From a virus: 31,791 nucleotides of DNA. Shown in pieces: positions 17,825-27,089 of this stretch (the stretch's first letter is position 1; the number at the start of each line of letters is the position of its first letter). Under the pieces are notes generated by a model, which saw nothing but the letters and a program-made list of their open reading frames with translations, was not told the DNA's origin and did not search any database. Made by a program: the position numbers and the translations under genes. The stretch lies in UHGV virus genome UHGV-1970909; one strand, given 5' to 3'.

Positions 17825-18892
17825 TTATTCCCCGCTTTCCGGTGCGGCAGGTGCGGTGAAGTCACCAAGGTTGATGTTTTCAATCAGGCAACCGGCTGCG
17901 TAAGCCTCGATCACATAGTCAATATTCATTGACTCGTAGTTTTCGATACGGTCTTTTTTCGGCTCTTCAATGATGGCGCGGCGGTGCGCATCATCCATGA
18001 AGTAAATCGACAGGTTATCAAGACGCGTCACCATCAGGGCATTCGCCGGGAAGTACGGCACGCGCACGGCAGGCAGGTTGCCGATCCGCTTCTGGCTGAT
18101 GATGATGTCAGCGGCCAGCGTTTCGCTGTTTTCCTGCGCCTTGTTGACCAGCGGGAAATATTTATCCGCCATAAGCTTACGGCCTGTGATAACGACGAGC
18201 TCCGGGTCATCCTGATAAATCTCATCAATCAGGTTGGTGGTCGCATCCATGACCAGCGCATCGAGGTTTTCATAGTCACCGTTTTTCCCCACGCGGATCA
18301 CATCGGAAATAACCTTGCCGTCTTCGTCGGTGATTTTTGACATCACGCGCGCTGCAGCTTCATTGCGGTACTTTTGCAGCCAGCCCACCGCGACATCCTG
18401 CAGCAGCGGGTTCTGCTTACGGTTGGAGGTCGCCGCACGGGTAATACCGTTGAAACCGGCCATGATGAAATCGAGCGACTGGCGCTTGATAATTGCGTCA
18501 CGGATACGGGTCTGAAAGTCCTGGAATCGCGCCCACAGGTCGAGCTGTTTGTAACGAATATGGAAATCGAAGTTGATTTGCGCGCATTCGTATTTGTTGG
18601 ATTCGAGCGCGGTAAAATCAGCGGTCTTACGCTCATCATCAGCGGCGGTATCGGTGGTGCTCGCAATCGTACCGTTAACACCCACCCCGACTTTTTCGCC
18701 TTTCAGCTCGTCGACCGGCACGATATTCACTTTGGTCAGAAACGCGGATGACGCCTGCAGGGTGGTCATCAGGGTTTGCGTCACCGACGGCTCGACGGTG
18801 AATTTCTTTGCCACATCGTCGGTGTCGACGCCGTTCAGCTCCGCCACGCGGGACAGGTAAGCATTAAATTTAAAGCGGGTATCTTTACGCAT
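17825..18892 (-). CDS. N: Major capsid protein gpN, 355 aa
   Basis: Start at MRKDTRFKFNAYLSRVAELNG, which resembles the P2 gpN N-terminus as I recall it. Confidence 0.92.
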   Translation of the reverse strand: MRKDTRFKFNAYLSRVAELNGVDTDDVAKKFTVEPSVTQTLMTTLQASSAFLTKVNIVPVDELKGEKVGVGVNGTIASTTDTAADDERKTADFTALESNKYECAQINFDFHIRYKQLDLWARFQDFQTRIRDAIIKRQSLDFIMAGFNGITRAATSNRKQNPLLQDVAVGWLQKYRNEAAARVMSKITDEDGKVISDVIRVGKNGDYENLDALVMDATTNLIDEIYQDDPELVVITGRKLMADKYFPLVNKAQENSETLAADIIISQKRIGNLPAVRVPYFPANALMVTRLDNLSIYFMDDAHRRAIIEEPKKDRIENYESMNIDYVIEAYAAGCLIENINLGDFTAPAAPESGE

Positions 18893-18952
18893 TGTTATTC
18901 CTGTTTCTCTAAAAAGGGGCATCAGGCCGGGTGACGCGCACCCGGCGGGTTA

Positions 18953-19807
18953 TCAGCAGTTGGTCAGCAGCTCGTCGCCCGTTCCGCCTTTCGACTTCTC
19001 GCGGCGCGGCTGGCGATGGCTTTCGGTGTTATCGAGGGAGTTTTTCAGGGCGTTAAACGCCTGCGAGCTTTGCGTGGTCTGACTGGTCACGTCCTGCTTT
19101 AGCTGGGCAAAGGCGGTTTCCAGTTCAGTGACGCGCGTTTCGGTGGCGGTCAGGTTGGTTTGCACCTGCTCAGAGACGGCTGTCACCGCTTCATGCACAT
19201 CAGCAAGGCGCGCATCGTCACTGACCTGTTTGCGGCTGAAAATCGATTTAACCTTGTCGGTCAGGCTGTTGAGCATGGTGTCGGGGACGTCTTCAAATTC
19301 CAGCTCAGCAAGGGAAGCCACCGAGAAGAGATCGCCTGGCTGGTCTTTTTTACCGGCGAGCGGGTTCTGACTGGCGCGGCTGCAGAATTCCAGGTATTCC
19401 GTGCCGAGGCTTGCCGGGTCATCAGTGACGGCGAGGCCAATCAGATAGCATTTGCCGCTGTTGGAAAAATTCGGGCGAATTTCCATCGAGGTGTAAACCT
19501 TCTGACCGGCGCGCACCATGCTGACCAGCTCATCAAGCGGGGCAATTCTGGCAAACAGCGCCTTTTTACCGTTCAGCGCAGAGTCATCGCTGATGACTTC
19601 GGCTTTGACTTCCGTCACGTCGCCATAACGCTTAAACGGACTGTCAGGCCAGAGGCTTTTGATGTGTTCGAGGTTAATGCGGCAACCGTAGACACGCGGG
19701 TCGAAGGAATCCGCCATTTCCTGAATGTCATCACCGCTGATGACACGGCCATCGCAGGTGTCACCCTCGACGCCGATGCGAAACCATTTAGAAACTTTCT
19801 TTGCCAT
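18953..19807 (-). CDS. O: Capsid scaffolding protein gpO, 284 aa
   Basis: Same length as P2 gpO; first gene of the O-N-M-L operon, divergent from P. Confidence 0.92.
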   Translation of the reverse strand: MAKKVSKWFRIGVEGDTCDGRVISGDDIQEMADSFDPRVYGCRINLEHIKSLWPDSPFKRYGDVTEVKAEVISDDSALNGKKALFARIAPLDELVSMVRAGQKVYTSMEIRPNFSNSGKCYLIGLAVTDDPASLGTEYLEFCSRASQNPLAGKKDQPGDLFSVASLAELEFEDVPDTMLNSLTDKVKSIFSRKQVSDDARLADVHEAVTAVSEQVQTNLTATETRVTELETAFAQLKQDVTSQTTQSSQAFNALKNSLDNTESHRQPRREKSKGGTGDELLTNC

Positions 19808-19973
19808 TGTTCAGGTGTCCTGATGTTGGGTTTTCGGTTCGGGGGTAGTTTCCCGACTCCGCCCCACATCAGCCACCGCTTGCGGAAGTGCAACCCCTGA
19901 CACAACAGGGGGTTAGCGATAATACCCGGCTATTTCCTTAGCCTTGCCCCGTATTCACCAGTACGAGGCAACC
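19808..19973. promoter_or_regulatory. Divergent late promoter region (O operon leftward, P-Q rightward) with candidate activator dyad
   Basis: 166-bp intergenic region between divergent O and P; contains the 12-mer CTGACACAACAG (19897-19908) within an imperfect dyad AACCCCTG...CAGGGGGTT; the identical 12-mer lies upstream of FI. Confidence 0.5.
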
Positions 19974-21743
19974 ATGACCATTTCGACTGACCTCTCCCTT
20001 TTGCATGACCCTAGACGACAGGCGCGTCTGTTGTTCTGGCAGGGATTTTCCGTACCACAAATCGCCGACACGCTGCAGGTTAAGCGCCCGACCGTGCAGA
20101 GCTGGAAACAGCGCGACGGGTGGGAGGAAACCGCGCCACTTAACCGCGTGGAAACGACGCTCGAGGCGCGCCTGATTCAGCTTTATGCAAAGCCTGACCT
20201 GACGCCGCATGACTTCAAGGTCGCTGATTTTCTGTCACGCCAGATGGAGCGATTCGCACGCATCAACCGCTACGGTCAGACCGGAAACGAGGTGGATTTA
20301 AACCCCAATATTGCCAGCCGTAACAAGGGCGATCGCCGTAAGCCAAAACGTAATTTTTTCAGCGATGAGGCCATCGAAAAGCTGGAGGAGATTTTCTTCG
20401 ATCAGTCTTTTGAGTATCAGCTCAACTGGCACAAGGCCGGTATCGCGCACCGCATTCGCCACATCCTCAAATCACGCCAGATTGGCGCGACGTTCTACTT
20501 TGCCCGTGAGTCATTGCTGCGCGCCCTCAAAACCGGGCAAAACCAGATATTCTTATCGGCCAGTAAGACGCAGGCTTACGTGTTCCGAAAATACATCATC
20601 GCCTTTGCGCGCATGGTTGACGTCGACCTGTCAGGCGACCCGATTGTCATCGGCAATAACGGCGCAGAGCTGATTTTCCTCGGGACAAACTCAAACACCG
20701 CGCAGAGCCACAACGGCGACCTGTACGTCGATGAAATCTTCTGGATCCCCAACTTTCAGAGGCTGCGCAAAGTCGCCTCGGGGATGGCGTCACAGTCCCA
20801 CCTGCGCACCACCTACTTTTCAACCCCTTCGACGCTGGCGCACGGCGCGTATCCGTTCTGGTCAGGTGAGCTGTTTAACCGGGGACGCAGCAGCGCGAGT
20901 GAGCGCGTCGACATCGACATCAGTCACAAGGCGCTCGCCGGTGGCGTGCTGTGCGATGACGGCCAGTGGCGGCAGATTGTCACCATCGAGGACGCCCTCG
21001 CCGGGGGATGCACCCTGTTTAATCTGGATCAACTGAAACAGGAAAACAGCGCCGACGATTTCCGCAACCTCTTCATGTGCGAGTTTGTCGACGACAAGGC
21101 GTCGGTATTCCCGTTCGAGGAGCTGCAGCGCTGCATGGTCGATGCGATGGAAGAATGGGAAGACTTTGCGCCGTTCTCTGACCGTCCGTTTAACTGGCGC
21201 CCGGTCTGGATTGGCTATGACCCGTCGCACACCGGCGACAGTGCAGGCTGTGCGGTACTGGCTCCGCCGCTGGTTGCCGGTGGCAAGTTCCGCATCCTTG
21301 AGCGTCACCAGTGGAAAGGGATGGATTTTGCAACGCAGGCCGAGGCTATCCGCGAGCTGACAGAGAAATATTGCGTCGAGTATATCGGCATCGATGCAAC
21401 CGGCATCGGCCAGGGGGTGTACCAGCTCGTGCGCTCCTTCTTTCCGGCAGCCCGCGCCATTCACTACACGCCTGAAATGAAAACCGCAATGGTGCTGAAA
21501 GCGAAAGACACCATCCGTCGCGGATGCCTGGAATATGACGCCGGTGCAACCGACATCACACAGTCGTTTATGGCTATTCGTAAAACCATGACCAGCAGCG
21601 GGCGTAGCGCCACCTATGAAGCCAGCCGCAGTGAGGAAGCCAGCCACGCGGATATCGCATGGGCGACCATGCACGCCCTGTTAAACGAGCCGCTTTCCGC
21701 CGGTAGCGGGATGCAATCAACCTCAATTCTGGATATTAACTAA
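19974..21743 (+). CDS. P: Terminase large (ATPase) subunit gpP, 589 aa
   Basis: Start at the second Met (MTISTDLSLL) gives the P2 gpP length; divergent from O as in P2. Confidence 0.93.
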   Translation: MTISTDLSLLHDPRRQARLLFWQGFSVPQIADTLQVKRPTVQSWKQRDGWEETAPLNRVETTLEARLIQLYAKPDLTPHDFKVADFLSRQMERFARINRYGQTGNEVDLNPNIASRNKGDRRKPKRNFFSDEAIEKLEEIFFDQSFEYQLNWHKAGIAHRIRHILKSRQIGATFYFARESLLRALKTGQNQIFLSASKTQAYVFRKYIIAFARMVDVDLSGDPIVIGNNGAELIFLGTNSNTAQSHNGDLYVDEIFWIPNFQRLRKVASGMASQSHLRTTYFSTPSTLAHGAYPFWSGELFNRGRSSASERVDIDISHKALAGGVLCDDGQWRQIVTIEDALAGGCTLFNLDQLKQENSADDFRNLFMCEFVDDKASVFPFEELQRCMVDAMEEWEDFAPFSDRPFNWRPVWIGYDPSHTGDSAGCAVLAPPLVAGGKFRILERHQWKGMDFATQAEAIRELTEKYCVEYIGIDATGIGQGVYQLVRSFFPAARAIHYTPEMKTAMVLKAKDTIRRGCLEYDAGATDITQSFMAIRKTMTSSGRSATYEASRSEEASHADIAWATMHALLNEPLSAGSGMQSTSILDIN

Positions 21744-21744
21744 G

Positions 21745-22761
21745 ATGAAAAAACACCAAAAGAAAACCGCCAACATGACCGCCAGCGCACCGCAAAAAAT
21801 GGAGGCGTTCACCTTTGGTGAGCCTTCCCCCGTTCTGGATCGCCGCGACATCCTCGACTATGTCGAGTGCATCAATAACGGGAAATGGTACGAGCCGCCG
21901 GTCAACTTCTCGGGGCTGGCAAAAAGCCTGCGCGCCGCCGTCCATCACAGTTCCCCGATTTACGTGAAACGTAACATTCTGGCGAGCACCTACATTCCGC
22001 ACCCGTTGCTGTCACGTCAGGATTTCAGCCGCCTTGTGCTTGATTATCTGGTGTTTGCCAACGGCTATCTTGAAAAGCGCATGAGCGTCACCGGCCAGCT
22101 ATTAAAACTGGAAACCTCCCCGGCCAAATACACGCGGCGCGGTGTCGAGGATGGTGTTTACTGGTATGTATCGAGCTACACCCACCCGCACCCGTTCGCC
22201 CCCGGTTCGGTGTGTCATCTGCTTGAGCCCGATATCAATCAGGAGCTATACGGAATGCCGGAATACCTGAGCGCACTCAATTCAGCCTGGCTGAATGAAT
22301 CCGCCACCCTGTTTCGTCGCAAGTATTACCAGAACGGAGCACACGCGGGGTACATCATGTACGTCACCGACGCTGCGCAAAGCAGCACCGACGTTGAATC
22401 GCTCCGCAACGCGATGCGTGACTCGAAAGGGCTGGGGAATTTTAAGAACCTGTTTTTCTATGCGCCCAACGGGAAACCGGACGGGATCAAGATTGTGCCG
22501 TTGAGTGAAGTCGCCACGAAAGATGATTTTTTCAATATCAAAAAGGTGAGCGCCGCCGACCTGCTCGATGCGCACCGCGTGCCATTTCAGCTGATGGGCG
22601 GCAAGCCTGAAAACATCGGCTCAATGGGGGATGTCGAGAAGGTGGCGCGGGTGTTTGTGCGTAACGAACTGACACCGCTGCAAGAGCGTTTCAAAGAGAT
22701 TAACGACTGGCTGGGAATGGAGGTGATCCGCTTTAAAGATTACAGCCTCGAATCAGAATAA
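21745..22761 (+). CDS. Q: Portal (capsid vertex) protein gpQ, 338 aa
   Basis: Directly follows P and ends about 170 bp before cos, as in P2. Confidence 0.93.
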   Translation: MKKHQKKTANMTASAPQKMEAFTFGEPSPVLDRRDILDYVECINNGKWYEPPVNFSGLAKSLRAAVHHSSPIYVKRNILASTYIPHPLLSRQDFSRLVLDYLVFANGYLEKRMSVTGQLLKLETSPAKYTRRGVEDGVYWYVSSYTHPHPFAPGSVCHLLEPDINQELYGMPEYLSALNSAWLNESATLFRRKYYQNGAHAGYIMYVTDAAQSSTDVESLRNAMRDSKGLGNFKNLFFYAPNGKPDGIKIVPLSEVATKDDFFNIKKVSAADLLDAHRVPFQLMGGKPENIGSMGDVEKVARVFVRNELTPLQERFKEINDWLGMEVIRFKDYSLESE

Positions 22762-22774
22762 CCCCCTCAAAATG

Positions 22775-22795
22775 CCGCCTCCGGGCGGTATTATC
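22775..22795 (+). terminator. Candidate weak terminator after Q
   Basis: Short GC hairpin CCGCC-TCCG-GGCGG (22775-22788) followed by TATTATC, 14 nt after the Q stop. Confidence 0.3.
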
Positions 22796-22927
22796 ACTGA
22801 GCGCCTCAGACGCACCACACACCACCTAACCACCCGGCAGGCATCAGCCCGACCCGTAAAGCGACAGCGCCACCACGACGCGCTCAGGTGCGTAAAAATA
22901 AATGCTGTCACCACGTCTGGCGCGCAG

Positions 22928-22946
22928 TGCTATCCCCGCCTCGCCT
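22928..22946 (-). other. cos: cos site (19-nt cohesive-end sequence, minus strand GGCGAGGCGGGGATAGCAC)
   Basis: One mismatch from the P2 cohesive end as I recall it (GGCGAGGCGGGGAAAGCAC); located just beyond Q as in P2/186. Confidence 0.7.
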
Positions 22947-23194
22947 GCGCGCTTGATGGGGCGGTTTTAATGCAGATGCCAGCTTCGATTTTTCCTTGTC
23001 AATATTGACTTGAGTTACCGAGAATTTAGTCTGAAAAAAATGCAAATTAATGCAACAGAATGCCTTGTTTTCGCAGAAAGCTATCTGAACTCAAAATGGT
23101 ATTTACAACCCCCTTGTATTGATTATCATTATGAAAATGCACGTTTTACTAATCTATCACAAAAAACTCATGCATCAGTTTTGAAGGAGTTAGC

Positions 23195-24460
23195 ATGAAT
23201 ATAATGAAATGTTTTGAATGCGAAACCTGTGGTACACACATTGATTGTAGAATAGGACTTTCAAATCGAGATGTGCAGCCTTTTCAGTTTGCTTGTCCTG
23301 AATGTGAAGAAAAAATTACTTTTAATATTTTGGGTGAAGACTTCAACCTAGAAGGGGCCATTGATCTTGTTGATTTTGAGGCACCATTTACGGGGGGTAA
23401 TCATTTCATAGATTTACACTTGGATTTTCCCGCCTCATTTGAAAAATATGAAATGGGATTTACTCCATTCATGCGAGCTGCTCAGGAAATCGGTCATGAG
23501 AACTATCAGCATCTTAATGAGAGACTGAATGCTCTTAACTACTTATACCCTAAAAAGAGAGAGTTAAGACGCTTAATAACTCAGTATAAACGAGGCGAAG
23601 TAAATACATTTCGAAAAACCTGCAATAAGCTTCTTGGTATACAATTAAAATCTAATAAGAAACAAGATATATTAGCCGCTTTGTATACAGCAACATCCAT
23701 AATGTCTTCACCTTTTACCATACATCAACATAATGAAGAAATAAGCACTAAAATGCCTGATTTATTACGTTCGCTTGATTACACTCACAAAATAAAAACA
23801 AGGGCGTTTTTTGAACAGTTAATTAAAACTGGTTTCTTACGAAATGTACACCATGAATGCCTATCCTTGTACCCAAAAATCGTAGAATTAGACCTACCAT
23901 TAAGGCCAGCCCTTTATTTTGACTACAAGCAATTAAATGAAGGGGATAAAATTTCAGGGCGGGTTTCAACTGCTGACTTTGATAGTTGCAGTAATTTATA
24001 TAAGGATCTATCTGAAGTCTTTTCGCGATTATTAACATTAGTTGCGGGGCTTAATAATCTGCTAAAACGTGGAGATTATGATCTGTTTGATGATTCAGTT
24101 CGTTTAAATAAAAAACAAGAATTAATTAAAGAACTTGCATCTTTAAATAATTTTACCAATATGGATTTAGGTAAAAAAATAGAGTGTATTGATGATTCAT
24201 TTTATTACATCGACAAGAGTGCAATTAATCACAAGTTACGAAATGCAATTGCCCATTATAAATATGAGTACGAAGAATCTACACAAATGATTTTCTATTA
24301 CCCAAATAGAGAAGGAATGAGCAGAGAGAACATGTATGAAATTTCATTTCTTGAATTTCTTAGATATTCTTTGATGCTTTTTCGTGAGGTTCATTCATTG
24401 AATCACATTGTTAAATCATTGTTTTTTTACACTGTGCTTGTTTTAAAGAAGGACATTTAA
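23195..24460 (+). CDS. Cargo gene: N-terminal zinc-ribbon + C-terminal HEPN-like (R-x4-H) domain protein, 421 aa; candidate abortive-infection RNase
   Basis: AT-rich ORF with a strong AAGGAG Shine-Dalgarno; N-terminus CFECETCGTH...ACPECEEK (C-x2-C...C-x2-C); C-terminal motif HKLRNAIAHYKYEY (R349-N-x3-H354, nt 24239-24256); sits between cos and A, where P2 carries tin/old. Confidence 0.75.
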   Translation: MNIMKCFECETCGTHIDCRIGLSNRDVQPFQFACPECEEKITFNILGEDFNLEGAIDLVDFEAPFTGGNHFIDLHLDFPASFEKYEMGFTPFMRAAQEIGHENYQHLNERLNALNYLYPKKRELRRLITQYKRGEVNTFRKTCNKLLGIQLKSNKKQDILAALYTATSIMSSPFTIHQHNEEISTKMPDLLRSLDYTHKIKTRAFFEQLIKTGFLRNVHHECLSLYPKIVELDLPLRPALYFDYKQLNEGDKISGRVSTADFDSCSNLYKDLSEVFSRLLTLVAGLNNLLKRGDYDLFDDSVRLNKKQELIKELASLNNFTNMDLGKKIECIDDSFYYIDKSAINHKLRNAIAHYKYEYEESTQMIFYYPNREGMSRENMYEISFLEFLRYSLMLFREVHSLNHIVKSLFFYTVLVLKKDI

Positions 24461-24471
24461 AGCTAAAGGTA

Positions 24472-24509
24472 AGCTATGTAAATTACGTTTTTAATTACAT
24501 AGCTTTTAT
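24472..24509 (+). terminator. Rho-independent terminator of the HEPN cargo gene
   Basis: About 12-bp stem AGCTATGTAA(A)TT (24472-24484) / AATTACATAGCT (24493-24504) with loop ACGTTTTT, followed by TTTTATCTG; 12 nt after the stop. Confidence 0.6.
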
Positions 24510-24568
24510 CTGTTAATAATCTTTACGAATTTCTCAGATATTTGTTTAAGATCTTATATTATCATAAC

Positions 24569-24751
24569 CTACTCAGTCTTATAAAAAATATCATCTTCGG
24601 TTTCATTATTTTCGCTGTTTGCTAGATCAGCAATGAGAGTGAGCGCAAGCTTTAAATCTGCAGGCTTGCAGTTTGCAATCAGAGATACCTCGGCAATGAA
24701 TTGCACACAAGCCCACTTTTGCTGCGTTCGGCTGAAATGTTCCCCAACCAT
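24569..24751 (-). CDS. Small SOS-regulated ORF (60 aa, acidic C-terminus); candidate Tum-like antirepressor
   Basis: ATG preceded by GGGAGAG; a strong LexA box and a TTGCCA -35 lie directly upstream; position (far end from the immunity region, near cos) matches the 186 tum arrangement, but the protein is shorter than 186 Tum (146 aa). Confidence 0.55.
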   Translation of the reverse strand: MVGEHFSRTQQKWACVQFIAEVSLIANCKPADLKLALTLIADLANSENNETEDDIFYKTE

Positions 24752-24771
24752 GAAATCTCTCCCAATATTTT

Positions 24772-24791
24772 GACTGTATATTTATACAGTA
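24772..24791. promoter_or_regulatory. LexA (SOS) box GACTGTATATTTATACAGTA overlapping the -10 region of the small-ORF promoter
   Basis: CTGT-N8(AT-rich)-ACAG palindrome closely matching the consensus TACTGTATATATATACAGTA; minus strand shows TTGCCA -35 about 17 nt upstream of a TATAAA/TAAATA -10 inside the box. Confidence 0.7.
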
Positions 24792-24865
24792 TCACGTATT
24801 GGCAATTGATGGGAAGAGAAAAAGTGGATCACGTAGGTGTTGTATGTGCATGATATGGATGCGAA

Positions 24866-27088
24866 TTAGTCACCTATTAGCTTTGATGTTTCTGCCAATG
24901 CTGCAACACGATTGAGGATTTCCCTGGCCTTAGCCTGGCGTGATGGTGAGGTGGAAAATATCTCCCCTTTAGATGTTCCCTTGAGCCATTTTCCATCGAA
25001 ACAGCTTTTACCACCGGCCATAAGATGCAGGGCTTCACCCCGGCTGATGTTGATGCCGGTTGTCAGATGGATCTCGTCGATAGTCTTCTCTATCGCGGCG
25101 TTTTGCTCATCCGTGCCGTGGATAAATTTCTCCCTTTTTGGTGGCTTTGGCTTCTTGAGTCGGTTCGTCAGCTCTCGCCTTTCACGTCTACTCAGAGGTT
25201 TTGATAAATCGAGTTCCGGCGGATCACTTTCGCTTCCCGTACAGTTATTGACAGAACTCCAAGGGACGGCGAAGCCGTCCTTAACGTCAACGGCCAAATC
25301 AACGGCACGCTTCGGTACAATTTTCCATTGCGTGAGCCGGGTTAAAATCGGGGTGCCAGCTCCGACAGCAGAATCGTATACACCACGAATGCAGACAGTT
25401 TCCTCACCATACTGGTTAATTTCGGTACGCGGTTCATAAAGCGTGCGCACCTGCAAATCATCGCGACGGACAAACGGACCGCCCTGCGCATTAACATAGC
25501 CAGCCCAATCACCGGCGTCGGCGGCATCATGGACAGCCGCAAACTCAACACTCAGACCGTGTGCGGTCTCGGTATCTGCAAGGCGACGCAATTCACGATA
25601 GACAGTAACCGGCGCACCGCCAATAAACTGAAACTGGCGTATATGCCAGCGAGCAGCCCATGCTGAAACAGCGGGAGCTGACTCTTTTAGCAGTTCGCCG
25701 CTTTCATCATCGGTTTCACCATCAAGAGCATAACCATCGATATTTTTCGAGATGTATTTCGCGACGTAGCCGGTTGCGCTGCCTTTCTCCGGATCAATGG
25801 CTTCTGCGTGGAAACGTGCTTTTTTGGCTTTATCGCTTTTGAGTTCGTGAAAATCTTCCTGCCATGCGTAGTCCCGAATAATGCCACGAACGGTATCGAC
25901 GTCCTCCGGGAGCATAAACATCAGCATATGCCAGTGAGGGCAACCGTCATGGTGAGGCTCTGCAACGCGGATCCCGAAAATACGAATGTCTTCACGGTGG
26001 AGTTTTGCGCGAATGCGTGCCCACAGGCCAGTGAGATAACATTGCGTATCGGATGGATTGGATCCACTCCATTTGGTGTTACGGTAGCCTGCCTTTGTCG
26101 TGGCGTGATATTTAGACGGTGCGGTCAGGGTGTAAAACTCACCAACATAACCGAGCTCATTGCAGATATTTTCAAACCCACGAATGCGGGTCATAAGCTC
26201 ACAGCGTCGAATCGCAGGGTTAGCGACTGAGCCATCGTATTTTTCAATCAGGCTGATACGGTTGCCGTCTTCGTCTTCAAGCTCCAGACCTTTGAGAAAT
26301 TCGCGCGTCCGGCGCTTCTGTTCACGCCAGTCTGTCACGCAGTGTTTACTCGCGTAGACATGTTTTTTCTTACTGACATTTCCGATTGCGATTTGCAGGT
26401 GTTCGCGCCACGCAGCCGCAACGCGACGCAGACGTCCACGCCACCATTTTTCCGAAAACATACGGGCAATTGCTGGAGCGACTTTATCCTGATCCCAATA
26501 TTTATCCCGCGACCGTTCCCACTCTGGTGGCATTATCCTGAATTGCTGAGTGATGAAACCAGCATGCATATACCAGGCATTTAATGTCTCCAGTTCACAC
26601 ATGTCAGAATCGTCAATGTTGACTAACTCTGCACGGATAAAATCGGCGATATCAGCAGCCAGCAGGTCGATGTCGGCGCGTGCCATATCCGGGAGTCGGT
26701 TGTATCTGGCGACTATGTTGACCATGCGAGACGCCAGATATTGCATAAGCTGGGTATCGAAATGACAACCGAAAACAGCGGCTGATACGTTGCTGTTAAT
26801 ACCGGTGCACTCGTATTTTTTTGCGACCAGTTCAAGACGCGGCAATGCCTTTTTGCAAAAGCTGATTAAAAAGGCATTGGCTCGTTGACTGCCCTGATTT
26901 TGCTCCAGCACAGCAGCGGTGCGATAAACATCAAAACGCACACATTCAGGCTGGAGAGAAAGCACCTTTCTCGCATGCAGCAAAGCCGCGAACATACGGT
27001 CACGGCGATACTGTTGGTCGTAGGTAAGATATGGACTGGTTATTGCCGACCGTGGAGCATTCCACGGAAAAGCGAATTGAACAGCCAA
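24866..27088 (-). CDS. A: Rolling-circle replication initiation protein gpA (HUH endonuclease), 740 aa
   Basis: Contains EPHHDGCPHWHMLMF (HUH-type motif) and GYVAKYISKNIDGYALDG (active-site tyrosine region) as in P2 A; six-frame start is TTG overlapping the upstream stop, so the true start is uncertain (first in-frame ATG is at residue 32). Confidence 0.9.
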   Translation of the reverse strand: MAVQFAFPWNAPRSAITSPYLTYDQQYRRDRMFAALLHARKVLSLQPECVRFDVYRTAAVLEQNQGSQRANAFLISFCKKALPRLELVAKKYECTGINSNVSAAVFGCHFDTQLMQYLASRMVNIVARYNRLPDMARADIDLLAADIADFIRAELVNIDDSDMCELETLNAWYMHAGFITQQFRIMPPEWERSRDKYWDQDKVAPAIARMFSEKWWRGRLRRVAAAWREHLQIAIGNVSKKKHVYASKHCVTDWREQKRRTREFLKGLELEDEDGNRISLIEKYDGSVANPAIRRCELMTRIRGFENICNELGYVGEFYTLTAPSKYHATTKAGYRNTKWSGSNPSDTQCYLTGLWARIRAKLHREDIRIFGIRVAEPHHDGCPHWHMLMFMLPEDVDTVRGIIRDYAWQEDFHELKSDKAKKARFHAEAIDPEKGSATGYVAKYISKNIDGYALDGETDDESGELLKESAPAVSAWAARWHIRQFQFIGGAPVTVYRELRRLADTETAHGLSVEFAAVHDAADAGDWAGYVNAQGGPFVRRDDLQVRTLYEPRTEINQYGEETVCIRGVYDSAVGAGTPILTRLTQWKIVPKRAVDLAVDVKDGFAVPWSSVNNCTGSESDPPELDLSKPLSRRERRELTNRLKKPKPPKREKFIHGTDEQNAAIEKTIDEIHLTTGINISRGEALHLMAGGKSCFDGKWLKGTSKGEIFSTSPSRQAKAREILNRVAALAETSKLIGD

Positions 27089-27089
27089 T

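Noticed and set aside
22772-23008. 78-aa plus-strand ORF spanning the cos site
   Set aside because: Pro/Arg-rich low-complexity translation of GC-rich non-coding DNA, crossing cos where P2-family phages have no gene; no ribosome-binding site.
23823-24038. 71-aa minus-strand ORF inside the HEPN gene, and minus-strand ORFs antisense to int (29515-29802, 29748-30053, 30168-30359)
   Set aside because: Fully embedded antisense frames within well-supported genes, with no independent signals.
24866-27088. Possibility that gene A is disrupted because it lacks an in-frame ATG at its 5' end
   Set aside because: The frame is open from a TTG that overlaps the stop of the upstream TraR-like gene (translational coupling); length and motifs are intact, so a non-ATG start is more likely than a pseudogene.
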